Below are positions 30,909-39,846 of a stretch of DNA of 39,846 bases, piece by piece. Position 1 is the first letter of the stretch. Each line of letters begins with the position of its first letter. Both the position numbers and the translations under genes were made by a program. A model generated the notes under the pieces. That model saw only the letters and a program-made list of their open reading frames with translations. It ran no database searches and was not told where the DNA came from. The DNA comes from Rhodoferax sp. OV413 (GTDB lineage Bacteria; Pseudomonadota; Gammaproteobacteria; Burkholderiales; Burkholderiaceae_C), in contig CAMATS010000001.1 of assembly GCA_945861195.1 (NCBI GenBank), positions 1-39,846 of the forward strand, read 5' to 3'.

Positions 30909-32929
30909 TTGCTGAATTGGGTCATTTTTCTCTCATCATTGCCTTGCTCATGGCGCTGGTTCAGGGGGTGCTGCCCCTGGCTGGGGCGCACACCGGGCGC
31001 AGTGCCTGGACCGCTTTGGCCCGGCCTGCGGCGCGCGGGCAATTCTTGTTTGTGTTGCTGGCCTATGCCTGCCTCACCCAGGTGTTCATTGCCAATGATT
31101 TCTCGGTGTTGCTGGCGGCCCGGCATTCCAACTCCAGCCTGCCACTGGTTTACCGGATCACGGCAGTCTGGGGCAACCACGAGGGCTCGATCTTGCTGTG
31201 GTCCCTGATCTTGGCCGGTTGGACCCTCGCCGTCTCGATTTTTTCGCGCCAGCTCGATGACACCATGTTGGCCCGGGTGCTGGGGGTTATGGGGCTGGTC
31301 AGCTGCGGCTTCCTGTTGTTCACCCTGTTCACTTCGAACCCGTTTGAGCGCCTGCTGCCCGCTGCCCCGGACGGGCAGGACCTCAACCCCCTGCTGCAGG
31401 ACCCCGGCATGGTGATCCATCCGCCCATGCTGTACATGGGCTATGTGGGCTTTGTGGTGGCCTTTGCATTTGCCATTGCCGCCCTGCTGGCGGGCCGGCT
31501 CGACACTGCATGGGCGCGCTGGTCGCGGCCCTGGACCACCGTGGCCTGGTGTTTTTTGACGGCCGGCATTGCACTGGGCAGCTTTTGGGCTTACTACGAA
31601 CTGGGCTGGGGCGGCTGGTGGTTCTGGGACCCAGTAGAAAACGCCTCCTTCATGCCCTGGCTGGTCGGCACTGCCTTGATCCACTCGCTGGCAGTCACTG
31701 AGAAGCGCGGCGGCTTCAAAATGTGGACCGCTTTGCTGGCCATATTGGCCTTCTCTTTGTCTTTGCTGGGGACTTTCATTGTGCGCTCGGGGGTTTTGAG
31801 CTCGGTCCATGCTTTTGCATCAGACCCGGCGCGCGGCGTGTTCATTCTGGGCTTTTTGTCAGTGGTGGTTGGCGGCTCTCTGGCTCTGTTTGCCTGGCGT
31901 GCGCCCCGGGTGGGCCTGGGGGGCAGTTTTGCGCCGGTGTCGCGTGAATCAATGTTGCTAGCCAACAATGTGCTGCTGGTGGTGGCGGCTGCCGCGGTGC
32001 TTTTGGGCACGCTTTATCCCCTGGTTATTGATGCGCTGGGCATGGGCAAGCTGTCGGTCGGGCCGCCGTATTTTTCGGCTGTTTTTGTCCCGCTCATTGC
32101 GCCCGCCCTGTTTTTGATGGGGGTCGGTCCGATGACGCGTTGGCGCGAGGCCAGTGCCATCGATTTAGCCCGGCGCCTGCGCTGGGCGGCGGCGGTCAGC
32201 CTGCTCAGTGCCCTGATCGCGCCATTTTTTCTGGGCCATTGGACGCCCATGATCGGGCTCGGTTTGCTGCTCGGGGCGTGGGTTGCGAGCACCGCTTTGC
32301 TGAACCTGTTCAGCCGGCTGCGCGAGCATCCGGCACCCGGTTGGGCTGCCCGCTTGGCGGCGCAACCGGGCAGCTACTACGGCATGCTGCTGGCCCATTT
32401 TGGCGTCTCGGTGTTCATTGTCGGCGTCACTGTGGTGAGCGGCTTTTCCAGCGAGAGTGATGTGCGCATGGAGCCCGGCGATGTGGCGCAGGTGGGCGGC
32501 TACAGCTTTGAGCTCAAGGCTGTCAACCCGGTCACCGGGCCCAATTACACCGCCCTGCGCGCCACGGTGGCGGTGTCTATCGACGGCCAGGATCTGGGCC
32601 GGCTCGAGCCGGAGCGCCGTCTGTACCAGGTCAGCCGCATGGCCATGACCGAAGTGGCCATTGACCGCGGACTGCGGCGTGACCTGTATGTGGCCCTCGG
32701 CGAGCCGGTCGGACCGACGGCCTGGAGCGTACGGCTGCACCACAAACCCCTGGTCAACTGGATCTGGGGCGGCTGTGTGCTGATGGCCCTGGGTGGTTTG
32801 CTGGCGGTGATGGACAGGCGCTACCGCACCAGGCGAGTGGCTGCCACCAAGCCCGCTGCGGCCCGAGCCGGCGAGGCTGCTGCGCCGGGCGAGTTGCCGC
32901 TGCTGGTTGGCCGGGGCCAGGTGCCGTGA
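30905..32929 (+). CDS. ccmF: Cytochrome c heme lyase CcmF
   Basis: [41 protein letters not shown] and SVHAF motifs. Confidence 0.97.
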   Translation: MIAELGHFSLIIALLMALVQGVLPLAGAHTGRSAWTALARPAARGQFLFVLLAYACLTQVFIANDFSVLLAARHSNSSLPLVYRITAVWGNHEGSILLWSLILAGWTLAVSIFSRQLDDTMLARVLGVMGLVSCGFLLFTLFTSNPFERLLPAAPDGQDLNPLLQDPGMVIHPPMLYMGYVGFVVAFAFAIAALLAGRLDTAWARWSRPWTTVAWCFLTAGIALGSFWAYYELGWGGWWFWDPVENASFMPWLVGTALIHSLAVTEKRGGFKMWTALLAILAFSLSLLGTFIVRSGVLSSVHAFASDPARGVFILGFLSVVVGGSLALFAWRAPRVGLGGSFAPVSRESMLLANNVLLVVAAAAVLLGTLYPLVIDALGMGKLSVGPPYFSAVFVPLIAPALFLMGVGPMTRWREASAIDLARRLRWAAAVSLLSALIAPFFLGHWTPMIGLGLLLGAWVASTALLNLFSRLREHPAPGWAARLAAQPGSYYGMLLAHFGVSVFIVGVTVVSGFSSESDVRMEPGDVAQVGGYSFELKAVNPVTGPNYTALRATVAVSIDGQDLGRLEPERRLYQVSRMAMTEVAIDRGLRRDLYVALGEPVGPTAWSVRLHHKPLVNWIWGGCVLMALGGLLAVMDRRYRTRRVAATKPAAARAGEAAAPGELPLLVGRGQVP

Positions 32930-33450
32930 AAAGGTATTTGTTGCCACTGCTGGCTTTTCTGGTGTTGGTGGGCTTTTTGGCAGTCGGTTTGCGGCTCAAC
33001 CCGCGCGAGGTGCCCTCGCCACTGGTGAACCGCCCAACCCCAGAGTTCCGCCTGCCCACGCTGGCCGACCCGGCCCAGCAGTTGGCGCCCAAAGACCTGC
33101 TCGGCAAGGTCTGGCTGCTCAATGTCTGGGCCTCCTGGTGCGTGGCTTGCCGGCTTGAACACCCGGTTCTGGTGGACTTCGCCCGTGCCGGCCTGGTGCC
33201 GGTGTATGGCCTCAATTACAAGGACAAGCGTCCCGATGCGCTGGCTTGGCTGGAAAAATTTGGCAACCCCTACCAGCAGTCCTTGCAAGACAGCGACGGC
33301 CTGGCCGGCATTGAACTGGGCGTTTACGGCGTGCCAGAAACCTTTGTGATTGACCGTGCCGGCGTGATTCGCTTCAAGCACATCGGGCCGCTGACCCCGG
33401 AGGTGTTGCGTGACACCATCTTGCCCCTGGTCGGAAAACTCGGTGCCTAA
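32926..33450 (+). CDS. ccmG: Thiol:disulfide interchange protein CcmG/DsbE
   Basis: NVWASWCVACRLEHP thioredoxin motif, GVYGVPETF, N-terminal anchor. Confidence 0.94.
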   Translation: MKRYLLPLLAFLVLVGFLAVGLRLNPREVPSPLVNRPTPEFRLPTLADPAQQLAPKDLLGKVWLLNVWASWCVACRLEHPVLVDFARAGLVPVYGLNYKDKRPDALAWLEKFGNPYQQSLQDSDGLAGIELGVYGVPETFVIDRAGVIRFKHIGPLTPEVLRDTILPLVGKLGA

Positions 33451-33937
33451 GACCGGCTGCCTTGGCTTGCTGGGCGGCGCGTTGCTGCTCGGCTTGGCGC
33501 TGGGCTTGCCGTTGTCCGCCGGGGCCGGCGAGGCCAAGCCGATGGCCAGTGACCCGGCGCTGGAAGCCCGGGTGATGGTGATTGCCGAAGAGTTGCGCTG
33601 CCTGGTGTGTCAAAACGAGACCATTGCCGCTTCAAATGCCGACCTCGCAGTCGACCTTCGGGGGCAGATTCGACAGAAGCTTTCGCAGGGGCAGAGCAGC
33701 CAGCAGATTCTTGATTTCATGGTGGCGCGCTATGGCGATTTCGTGCTCTACCGCCCGCCCCTCAAAGCCAGTACGGTGTTGTTGTGGGTGGGGCCCTTTG
33801 CCCTGCTCCTGCTGGCGGCGGGGGTTTTGATGGTCAATATCCGCCGGCATCGCCAGCATGCTGCCCAGCGCGAGCTTGACCCGGCACAACGCCTGCGCGC
33901 CCGCCAACTGCTAGACCAGACAGGTGGTCCGCCATGA
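33443..33937 (+). CDS. ccmH: Cytochrome c biogenesis protein CcmH
   Basis: LRCLVCQNE..A.SNA.LA.DLR and RYGDFVLY.PP motifs. Start uncertain; GTG 33443 chosen. Confidence 0.92.
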   Translation: MPKTGCLGLLGGALLLGLALGLPLSAGAGEAKPMASDPALEARVMVIAEELRCLVCQNETIAASNADLAVDLRGQIRQKLSQGQSSQQILDFMVARYGDFVLYRPPLKASTVLLWVGPFALLLLAAGVLMVNIRRHRQHAAQRELDPAQRLRARQLLDQTGGPP

Positions 33938-35187
33938 CCCTGCTCGGGCTGCTGGGTCTGGCCCTGCTGTTGCTGGCGCTGGCTATGTTGCTGCCGGCCC
34001 TGTTGCGCAGCCCCCGGCCGGCCCCGACCCAAGCCGGCTCGCTCGCGCCTGAGCCCAACCTGGCCCTGCTGCGCGAGCAAAAGGCCCAGCTTGACGAACA
34101 GCTTGGCAGTGGCGCGATCGGGCCGGCCCAGTATGCGCTGGCCAGCAGTGAGCTCGAGCAGCGGGTGCTTGACGAGGCAGCTCCGGTAACCGCCCCGCCG
34201 AGCCACGCCGGGGGGGACCGCCGCAGCGCCCTGCTGTTGGGCCTGGTGCTGCCGCTGCTGGCGCTGGCCTTGTACGGCTGGTTGGGTCAGCCGCAGGCGG
34301 TTCTGCCGCCAGAACTGCAGGCAGGCGCGGCGGCTGAGCCCACCCAGGCCCAGGTTGAGGCCATGGTGGCGCAACTTGCCAAGCGGCTCGACGAGCTGCC
34401 AAGCGGGCAGCCGCCCGACCCCCAGGCCTGGGAGATGCTGGCCCGCGCCTATGCCTCTTTGCAGCGTTTTGAGGAGTCCAACCGGGCCTATATCCGGGCC
34501 GGTGAACTCGCGCCGCGCAATGCCCAATTGCTGGCTGACCATGCCGATGTGCTGGCCATGGTGCAGGGCCAGAGTGCTGCCGGTGAGCCCACCCGCCTGA
34601 TCGAGCGGGCGCTGGCGATTGACCCGAAAAACCTCAAAGCCCTGGCGCTAGCCGGGACCGCCGCGCTGCAGCGGCAAGACCCGGGGGCAGCGGTGGCTTT
34701 TTGGTCCCGCGCGCAGGCCTTGGCGCCGCCTGACAGCGAGTTCGCGGCCGGGCTGGCGAGTAGCCTGGATGTGGCGCGCGCGCAGTTGCTGGCCGCAGCC
34801 CCCAAGGGCTCCCGGCCTGCCGCGAGCGCGCCAGCAGCGCCGGCCTTGGCCATTAGCGGCACGGTCAGCTTGGCGCCGGCGCTGGCGGCGCAACTGGCAG
34901 CCAGCGACACCGTGTTTGTGTTTGCCCGTGCGGTGCAGGGCTCGCGCATGCCCCTGGCCATCCTCAAATTCAAAGCCAGTGAGTTGCCCCGTGCATTCAC
35001 GCTCGATGACAGCAGCGCCATGTCCCCAGATCTCAAGCTCTCGGGCGCCGGGCAGGTGATGCTGGTGGCGCGGGTGTCGCGCTCGGGCAACGCCATGCCG
35101 CAAGCGGGCGACCTGACTGGCGAGCTGGGGCCGGTCAAACCCGGCTCCCCCGGGCTGCGTTTGGTTATCAACAGCGTTCAGCCCTGA
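33934..35187 (+). CDS. ccmI: Cytochrome c biogenesis TPR protein CcmI/CycH
   Basis: Two N-terminal TM segments, LY..LG.P, TPR-like region, C-terminal VFVFARA...MPLA...F.LDDS.AM domain. Confidence 0.88.
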   Translation: MTLLGLLGLALLLLALAMLLPALLRSPRPAPTQAGSLAPEPNLALLREQKAQLDEQLGSGAIGPAQYALASSELEQRVLDEAAPVTAPPSHAGGDRRSALLLGLVLPLLALALYGWLGQPQAVLPPELQAGAAAEPTQAQVEAMVAQLAKRLDELPSGQPPDPQAWEMLARAYASLQRFEESNRAYIRAGELAPRNAQLLADHADVLAMVQGQSAAGEPTRLIERALAIDPKNLKALALAGTAALQRQDPGAAVAFWSRAQALAPPDSEFAAGLASSLDVARAQLLAAAPKGSRPAASAPAAPALAISGTVSLAPALAAQLAASDTVFVFARAVQGSRMPLAILKFKASELPRAFTLDDSSAMSPDLKLSGAGQVMLVARVSRSGNAMPQAGDLTGELGPVKPGSPGLRLVINSVQP

Positions 35188-36104
35188 GGCTCAAGCAGCT
35201 CGGCCAAGGCCAGCGCGCACACCAGGTCGGGGCGCTCTTCATGGGCCAGATGCCCTAGCCCCTGGAGGCTGTGCAAGCGGCGCTGCATGGCGGCGGGCAG
35301 ACTGGCCATGACCCGCCCGGCCTGTGCCGGCGAGACGGTCCGGTCAGCGCTGCCCACCACCAGACTCAGCGGTGTGCGCAGCCGGTGCAGGTCAGCCGCG
35401 AGACCCTGCAGATCCCAGTTGGCCATCATGCCCAAGGCGCCGGCCGCGTGCCCGGCGTTGCGCACCAGGCGGCCATACAGGGCCAGGCCGGTGGCATCGA
35501 GTTGTGAGCCGGTGCCTTGGATCAGGCGCTGCAGCACCGCTGGGTCCCGTGCCTGCCAGGAAAACAAGCGCGGCACCCAGGGCGAGGCAGCCATCAACTT
35601 GGCCACCGGCGAAAAAAACTGCCCGGCCAGGCCGCCCAAGGGAAGCAGGGCGGCATTGATGCCGATCACCGAGCCGGGTGAAATGCGGCCGTCCAGACAC
35701 ATCCGCAGCGCAATCGCAGCGCCAGCCGAGTGGCCAATCACCAGTGTCGGTGCGCGCTCAAGCAGCAGCAGCAGGGCGCCCAGGGCCTGCGCCATGCCAT
35801 TGAGCGAGAGCCATTGACCGGGCGGTGCGCCCGGTGGCAGCGCGCTAAAACCGTGGCCGGGCAGGTCCATACTGAGCACCTCGGCGTGTTGCACCAGCAA
35901 AGGCGCCAAGCCGCGCCAAGTGTGGGTGGCCGAACCGGTGCCATGAATCAGCAGCACCACAGGCGGCTTGGCAGCGCCTGGCAAGCCTTGGCAGGCAAAG
36001 CGCTGCAGGTGCCAGCGCAGGCCACCCGCCACTTTGAACTCGCTGGCCTGCCGGTGTGGCCAGTCGCTGCCGTCGCGCTCCCACAGCAGGGGCTCAGTAC
36101 CCAT
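35178..36104 (-). CDS. bchO: Alpha/beta hydrolase, putative Mg-chelatase accessory protein BchO
   Basis: W.RDG.DWP, LLIHGTGSATHTW, GHSAG nucleophile elbow, GHLAHEE. Follows bchD. Confidence 0.9.
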   Translation of the reverse strand: MGTEPLLWERDGSDWPHRQASEFKVAGGLRWHLQRFACQGLPGAAKPPVVLLIHGTGSATHTWRGLAPLLVQHAEVLSMDLPGHGFSALPPGAPPGQWLSLNGMAQALGALLLLLERAPTLVIGHSAGAAIALRMCLDGRISPGSVIGINAALLPLGGLAGQFFSPVAKLMAASPWVPRLFSWQARDPAVLQRLIQGTGSQLDATGLALYGRLVRNAGHAAGALGMMANWDLQGLAADLHRLRTPLSLVVGSADRTVSPAQAGRVMASLPAAMQRRLHSLQGLGHLAHEERPDLVCALALAELLEPQG

Positions 36105-37926
36105 GCTGACTGGCCCCGGTGGCCGCCTTGACGGCCTGCGACAGCTGCCGAGCCCCGGCGTAGGGCAGTGGCAGGTAGTGGGCGCCCATGGCCTGCGCCA
36201 GGGCCTGGGCCATGGCCTGGGCCTGAGGCGAGGTGTCGAGCATCAGGGCAGTCAGGCCGGCGCTTTTGATCTGCCGGGCCGCCTCGATGGCGTCGGCATT
36301 GGCCTGAACCCGCCCCGGCGCGCCACTGCGCGCGATATTGCCCCGGCCATCCGTCAGCAGCACGATGACCGGCGTGTCGCCGCGCCGCTGCACCTGCTGT
36401 GCCAAAGTCAGGGCCGCGTCCAGACCACTGGCCAGCGGCGTGCCGCCCCCCCCGGGCAGGCCGGCCAGACTGCGTTTGGCCCGTGCCAGTGAGCGTGTCG
36501 GTGAGAGCAGCAACTCGGCCTGCTTGTCGCGAAAAGCAATCACCGCGACCTGGTCGCGGCGCACATAACAGTCGGCCAACAACAACTCGACTGCACCCTT
36601 GGCCTCGGCCAATCGGTTCAGTGCTGACGAGCCGGATGCATCGACCACAAAAATCGTGGTGGTCTGGCTGTTTTGTTTGAACTTGGTCACATGAAAATCG
36701 TCTCGCCGCACCTCAATGCGCGGGCCGCCCACCAAAGCTGGCCGGGCAGAAGTGGGTTCGGCCCGGGTACGCCTGCGCAGCGTCTGCCAGGGCGCAGCCG
36801 CGCGCAGGGTTTCAAGCACATTGAGCCGGGCACCCTGGCGCGGCTCGCCCCGGCGCGCGCCGATAGGGCGCCCGCGATTCTGGTTTTTACGCACGGCGCC
36901 AGCACGCCCTGCGGTCTGCGCTCGAGCCCGGCTGGCCTGGCCGACCTGAAGTGCGGCCAGCAGACCGGCAGGAACCGCAGCCTGGGTGGCCGCAAGCACA
37001 GTTTCGGCCAAGGCCTGGTAGCCCTCGGAGCCGGCCTCTGGCTCGGGCGAGGCGTCTTGGGGTGGCTCGGGTTCGGGGACGTCGTCGGGAGCTTGGGCGC
37101 TGTCGTCGGCATCCTCTGGCTGGGTTTCGGGCGGGGGCGGGGGCAGCAAACGGGTGGCGCGGGGTGCCAGAACCAGCCTGGCCGCCAGAGTTGCATGGTC
37201 GGCGCTGGCAGTAGCCTCGCCGACCAGGGCGGCGGCGGCGCGGGCAACCCGCAGCGCCAACAGCGGCGCGCGCAAAGAGGCCACGCCCAGCGCCTGCGCC
37301 GTCGCGCACAGGGCCTGGACAATCTGCGCATCAATCCCGGTGTTGGGCAGGCGCGAGCGGGCGGCCTCGATGTCCGCGCGGCTCCAGTAGACGCTGGAAT
37401 CCGGGATGCCTGACTGCAAGTGCAGATGAAAAGCCAGCCGGTCAAGCAGGGCTGCGGGCAGTTGCTCCTCGTCCTCCTGGCCTTCATCCAGGGCCACCAT
37501 GCCCAGCCGGGCCGGCTGGCGCAGGGCCAGGCCATCGCGCTCGAGCAGCACCTCGCCGCAGTCCAGCACAGCGGCCAGACGCGCCGCTGTGGCAGCGCTG
37601 AGACGCTCGGCCATAGCCAGCATGACCACACCACCGTCAGCCTGCGCCAACACGCCGCGCTGCGAGACTGGCCGGCCGGCTTGCAGCGTGGCGGCCAAGT
37701 CCAAACCCCCGAGCAAAGCGCTGTCGCTGATATGCAGCGGTATGCGCCGCAGGGGCACGCCCGCCGGCAGCAGCGCTTTGACCAGCGCCAGCCACTGGTC
37801 GCGTCCCGGGTCGGCGCTGGCACGTAGGGCCACACCGCCCAGGCCGGCTGGGTCGACTGCAAACAGTGCAGCCACCAGCGCGGCGTCCTGGCTCGGTTCG
37901 GCCGGCGCTGCCTGGGCTGGGTTCAT
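36094..37926 (-). CDS. bchD: Magnesium chelatase subunit D
   Basis: Degenerate AAA N-domain (LLGGLDLAATL), Pro/acidic linker, vWA domain FVVDASGS...TPLA...LLTDGRGN. Confidence 0.95.
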   Translation of the reverse strand: MNPAQAAPAEPSQDAALVAALFAVDPAGLGGVALRASADPGRDQWLALVKALLPAGVPLRRIPLHISDSALLGGLDLAATLQAGRPVSQRGVLAQADGGVVMLAMAERLSAATAARLAAVLDCGEVLLERDGLALRQPARLGMVALDEGQEDEEQLPAALLDRLAFHLHLQSGIPDSSVYWSRADIEAARSRLPNTGIDAQIVQALCATAQALGVASLRAPLLALRVARAAAALVGEATASADHATLAARLVLAPRATRLLPPPPPETQPEDADDSAQAPDDVPEPEPPQDASPEPEAGSEGYQALAETVLAATQAAVPAGLLAALQVGQASRARAQTAGRAGAVRKNQNRGRPIGARRGEPRQGARLNVLETLRAAAPWQTLRRRTRAEPTSARPALVGGPRIEVRRDDFHVTKFKQNSQTTTIFVVDASGSSALNRLAEAKGAVELLLADCYVRRDQVAVIAFRDKQAELLLSPTRSLARAKRSLAGLPGGGGTPLASGLDAALTLAQQVQRRGDTPVIVLLTDGRGNIARSGAPGRVQANADAIEAARQIKSAGLTALMLDTSPQAQAMAQALAQAMGAHYLPLPYAGARQLSQAVKAATGASQHGY

Positions 37927-38951
37927 GCGCTGCCCATGAGCTCCGTGAGGGCGCGTTGCACGCGCACGGTTGAGCCCGCATCGTCCAGCGGGTTGCGGCG
38001 CAAGCGGTGCCGCAAGGAAGGCGCTGCTGCCTGTCGCAAATGGGAGTCAGCAACGCAGGAGTCGCCCTGCAGGGCTGCCAGCGCCCGGGCGGTGCGCATC
38101 AGGGTCAAATCGCCACGCAGGCCGTCCGTACCCAGGGCCATGCAGAGCTGCGAGGCACGTTCCCGCGCGGGTTGCGGCACCTCCACCTGGCTCAGCCGGG
38201 AGCGGCCCAACAAAATGCGTTTGCGGGTGCGGTTTTCTTCGCGTTGCCATTGCAAGACAAAGCCGGCGGGATCCTGCTCGTAGGCATCACGCCGGCGCAC
38301 CACCTCCACCCTGGCGGCGAGATCCTCCGGGGTTCGGACTTCGACCGACAGACCAAAACGGTCGAGCAACTGTGGCCGCAACTCGCCCTCCTCTGGGTTG
38401 CCGCTGCCCACGAGCACAAAGCGGGCCGGGTGGCGTACGCTCAGACCTTCGCGCTCGACCACGTTTTCGCCTGAGGCGGCCACATCGATCAGCAGGTCGA
38501 CCAGGTGATCTTCGAGCAGGTTTACTTCATCAATGTACAGAAAGCCACGGTTGGCGCGAGCCAGCAGGCCGGGCTCGAAAGCCTTGACGCCCTGCGTCAG
38601 GGCGCGCTCCAGATCAAGGGCGCCGACCACCCGATCTTCGGTGGCCCCCAGCGGCAAATCAACCACAGGCACTGGTATGAGGTGGCTGCGCAGCGGCCCG
38701 CCCGATCTACTGCGCAAACCCGCGCAGCTGTCGCAGCCGCCGCCGGCCTTGGCCGGATCACAGGCATAGCGGCAGCCCACCACGGCCCGCATCTTGGGTA
38801 AGAGCCCGGCCAGCGCCCGCACTGCAGTCGACTTGCCGGTGCCGCGGTCACCAAAGACCAGCACGCCGCCAATGCTCGAGTCAACGGCGCAAACCAGCAT
38901 CGCAAGCTTCATCTCGTCTTGACCCACGATGGCTGAAAAAGGGAATGTCAT
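37923..38951 (-). CDS. bchI: Magnesium chelatase ATPase subunit I
   Basis: FPFSAIVGQDEMK, GDRGTGKST, LPLGATEDRVVG, YIDEVNLL, GELRPQLLDRFG. Start placed at ATG 38951. Confidence 0.97.
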   Translation of the reverse strand: MTFPFSAIVGQDEMKLAMLVCAVDSSIGGVLVFGDRGTGKSTAVRALAGLLPKMRAVVGCRYACDPAKAGGGCDSCAGLRSRSGGPLRSHLIPVPVVDLPLGATEDRVVGALDLERALTQGVKAFEPGLLARANRGFLYIDEVNLLEDHLVDLLIDVAASGENVVEREGLSVRHPARFVLVGSGNPEEGELRPQLLDRFGLSVEVRTPEDLAARVEVVRRRDAYEQDPAGFVLQWQREENRTRKRILLGRSRLSQVEVPQPARERASQLCMALGTDGLRGDLTLMRTARALAALQGDSCVADSHLRQAAAPSLRHRLRRNPLDDAGSTVRVQRALTELMGSA

Positions 38952-39021
38952 CGATGTTGTCCTGTCGGGGAAAGGGTGGCACACCAGCGCCATCCGGCGC
39001 TGCGCCTTTGCCAGGGCGACA

Positions 39022-39846
39022 TTATGCTTTCTTGAACTGCCGCTGGCGGGGGTGCTGCGTGGGCGCTTTGTCCAGGCGTCGGGGCTTGGCGCGGGCGAAG
39101 TTCCACCAGGGCAAAACCTGCCGCATCGACAGCACCTGGCCACTTTGCTGGGGCGCATAACCGGCAACCTGGCCGAGCTCGGCGTGCCAGGCGCTGGAGC
39201 GCAACACATCCAACAGGGCCAGTGTGCCGGGCTGCGCCAAGGCCGACTTCAGGCACACCAGGTGGTAGCGCTCCTGCGCCAGAGGCACAAAATCCAGCCC
39301 GGCGCTTTGTGCCGCCACAGCAATGCCCAGCGCCGCTTGAGCCTGCCCGGCCGCCACTGCATGGGCCACCGCCGCATGGGAAGGCTCGGTGCGCGCATAG
39401 CCGTTGATCTTGGCCGAAGCCACCCCGGCCTTGGCCAGCAATTCGTCAAGCACCAAGCGTGTGCCGCTGCCCAGGGCCCGGTTGACGAAGCCGGCCTGGG
39501 TGCGCGCCAGGTCAGCCAGGCTGTGCAGCCCCAGCGGATTGCCCGGCGCGACCATCAGGCCTTGGGTGCGTGCGGCAAAGCCGATGATCTTGTGCCGCCC
39601 AGGCTGCAGCAGAGCCTGGTAGGTGCGCTGAGACAGTGAGTTGGCGCTGGTGTCTTGGAGTGTGTGAAAACCAGCCATCACGCAGCGGCCCTCGTTGAGC
39701 GCCCGGATCGCGTCAACGCTGCCAGCAAAGCGAATGTCAAGGTGGAGTTGCCCCGGCTGCAGCCGAAGTGCGTGCTCGCGCAGGCTGCTGAGGGCCTCGT
39801 CATGGCTGGCATACAGCGTGACAACATGGGCCGAGTCATCAAAGGC
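39022..39846 (-). CDS. PBP (molybdate-binding-like) substrate-binding-domain regulator, FdsR/ModE-like; N-terminus outside the window
   Basis: Frame is open to the window end (AFDDSAHVVTLYASHDEAL...). GSVDAIRAL, QGLMVAPGNP, FVNR..GSGTR, SH.AVA.AVA.G.A and FVPL..ERY motifs. Confidence 0.75.
   Translation of the reverse strand, partial: AFDDSAHVVTLYASHDEALSSLREHALRLQPGQLHLDIRFAGSVDAIRALNEGRCVMAGFHTLQDTSANSLSQRTYQALLQPGRHKIIGFAARTQGLMVAPGNPLGLHSLADLARTQAGFVNRALGSGTRLVLDELLAKAGVASAKINGYARTEPSHAAVAHAVAAGQAQAALGIAVAAQSAGLDFVPLAQERYHLVCLKSALAQPGTLALLDVLRSSAWHAELGQVAGYAPQQSGQVLSMRQVLPWWNFARAKPRRLDKAPTQHPRQRQFKKA

Noticed and set aside
36687-37862. 391-aa alternate-frame ORF within bchD
   Set aside because: Pro/Arg/Trp-rich frame-shifted shadow of a GC-rich gene; bchD itself is intact.
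38952-39209. 86-aa N-terminal extension of BchI
   Set aside because: It overlaps the upstream regulator gene; BchI homology begins at MTFPFSAIVGQ, with an AGGA RBS.

Overview
This window is the core of an anoxygenic type-II photosynthesis gene cluster (PGC) from a GC-rich purple bacterium. Gene order and protein character suggest a Betaproteobacterium (Comamonadaceae/Rubrivivax-like); that assignment is inference. Plus strand: (partial) bchH-bchL-bchM-lhaA-puhABC-acsF-puhE-crtI-crtB-small ORF. A convergent minus-strand superoperon runs crtE-crtF-[PpsR promoter]-bchXYZ-pufB-orf74-pufA-pufLMC-crtA-crtD-crtC-DUF2269-SDR. A complete ccmABCDEFGHI cytochrome c maturation operon sits inside the cluster, followed by bchO-bchD-bchI (minus) and a truncated PBP-domain regulator. 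The most striking signals co-occur. (1) bchC, which makes the C3-acetyl group of BChl a, is absent from its usual crtF-bchC-bchX slot; its PpsR-type promoter and a 17-codon ORF coupled to bchX remain, resembling a deletion scar. (2) The single LH1 alpha lacks the Trp+11 that H-bonds that acetyl group and has an extra His. (3) A His-less beta-like polypeptide lies between pufB and pufA. (4) An NAD-type SDR is appended to the puf-crt operon. Together these suggest either a non-acetylated bacteriochlorophyll with a remodelled core antenna or a non-homologous BchC replacement. Neither can be proven from this window, and bchC could lie elsewhere in the genome.
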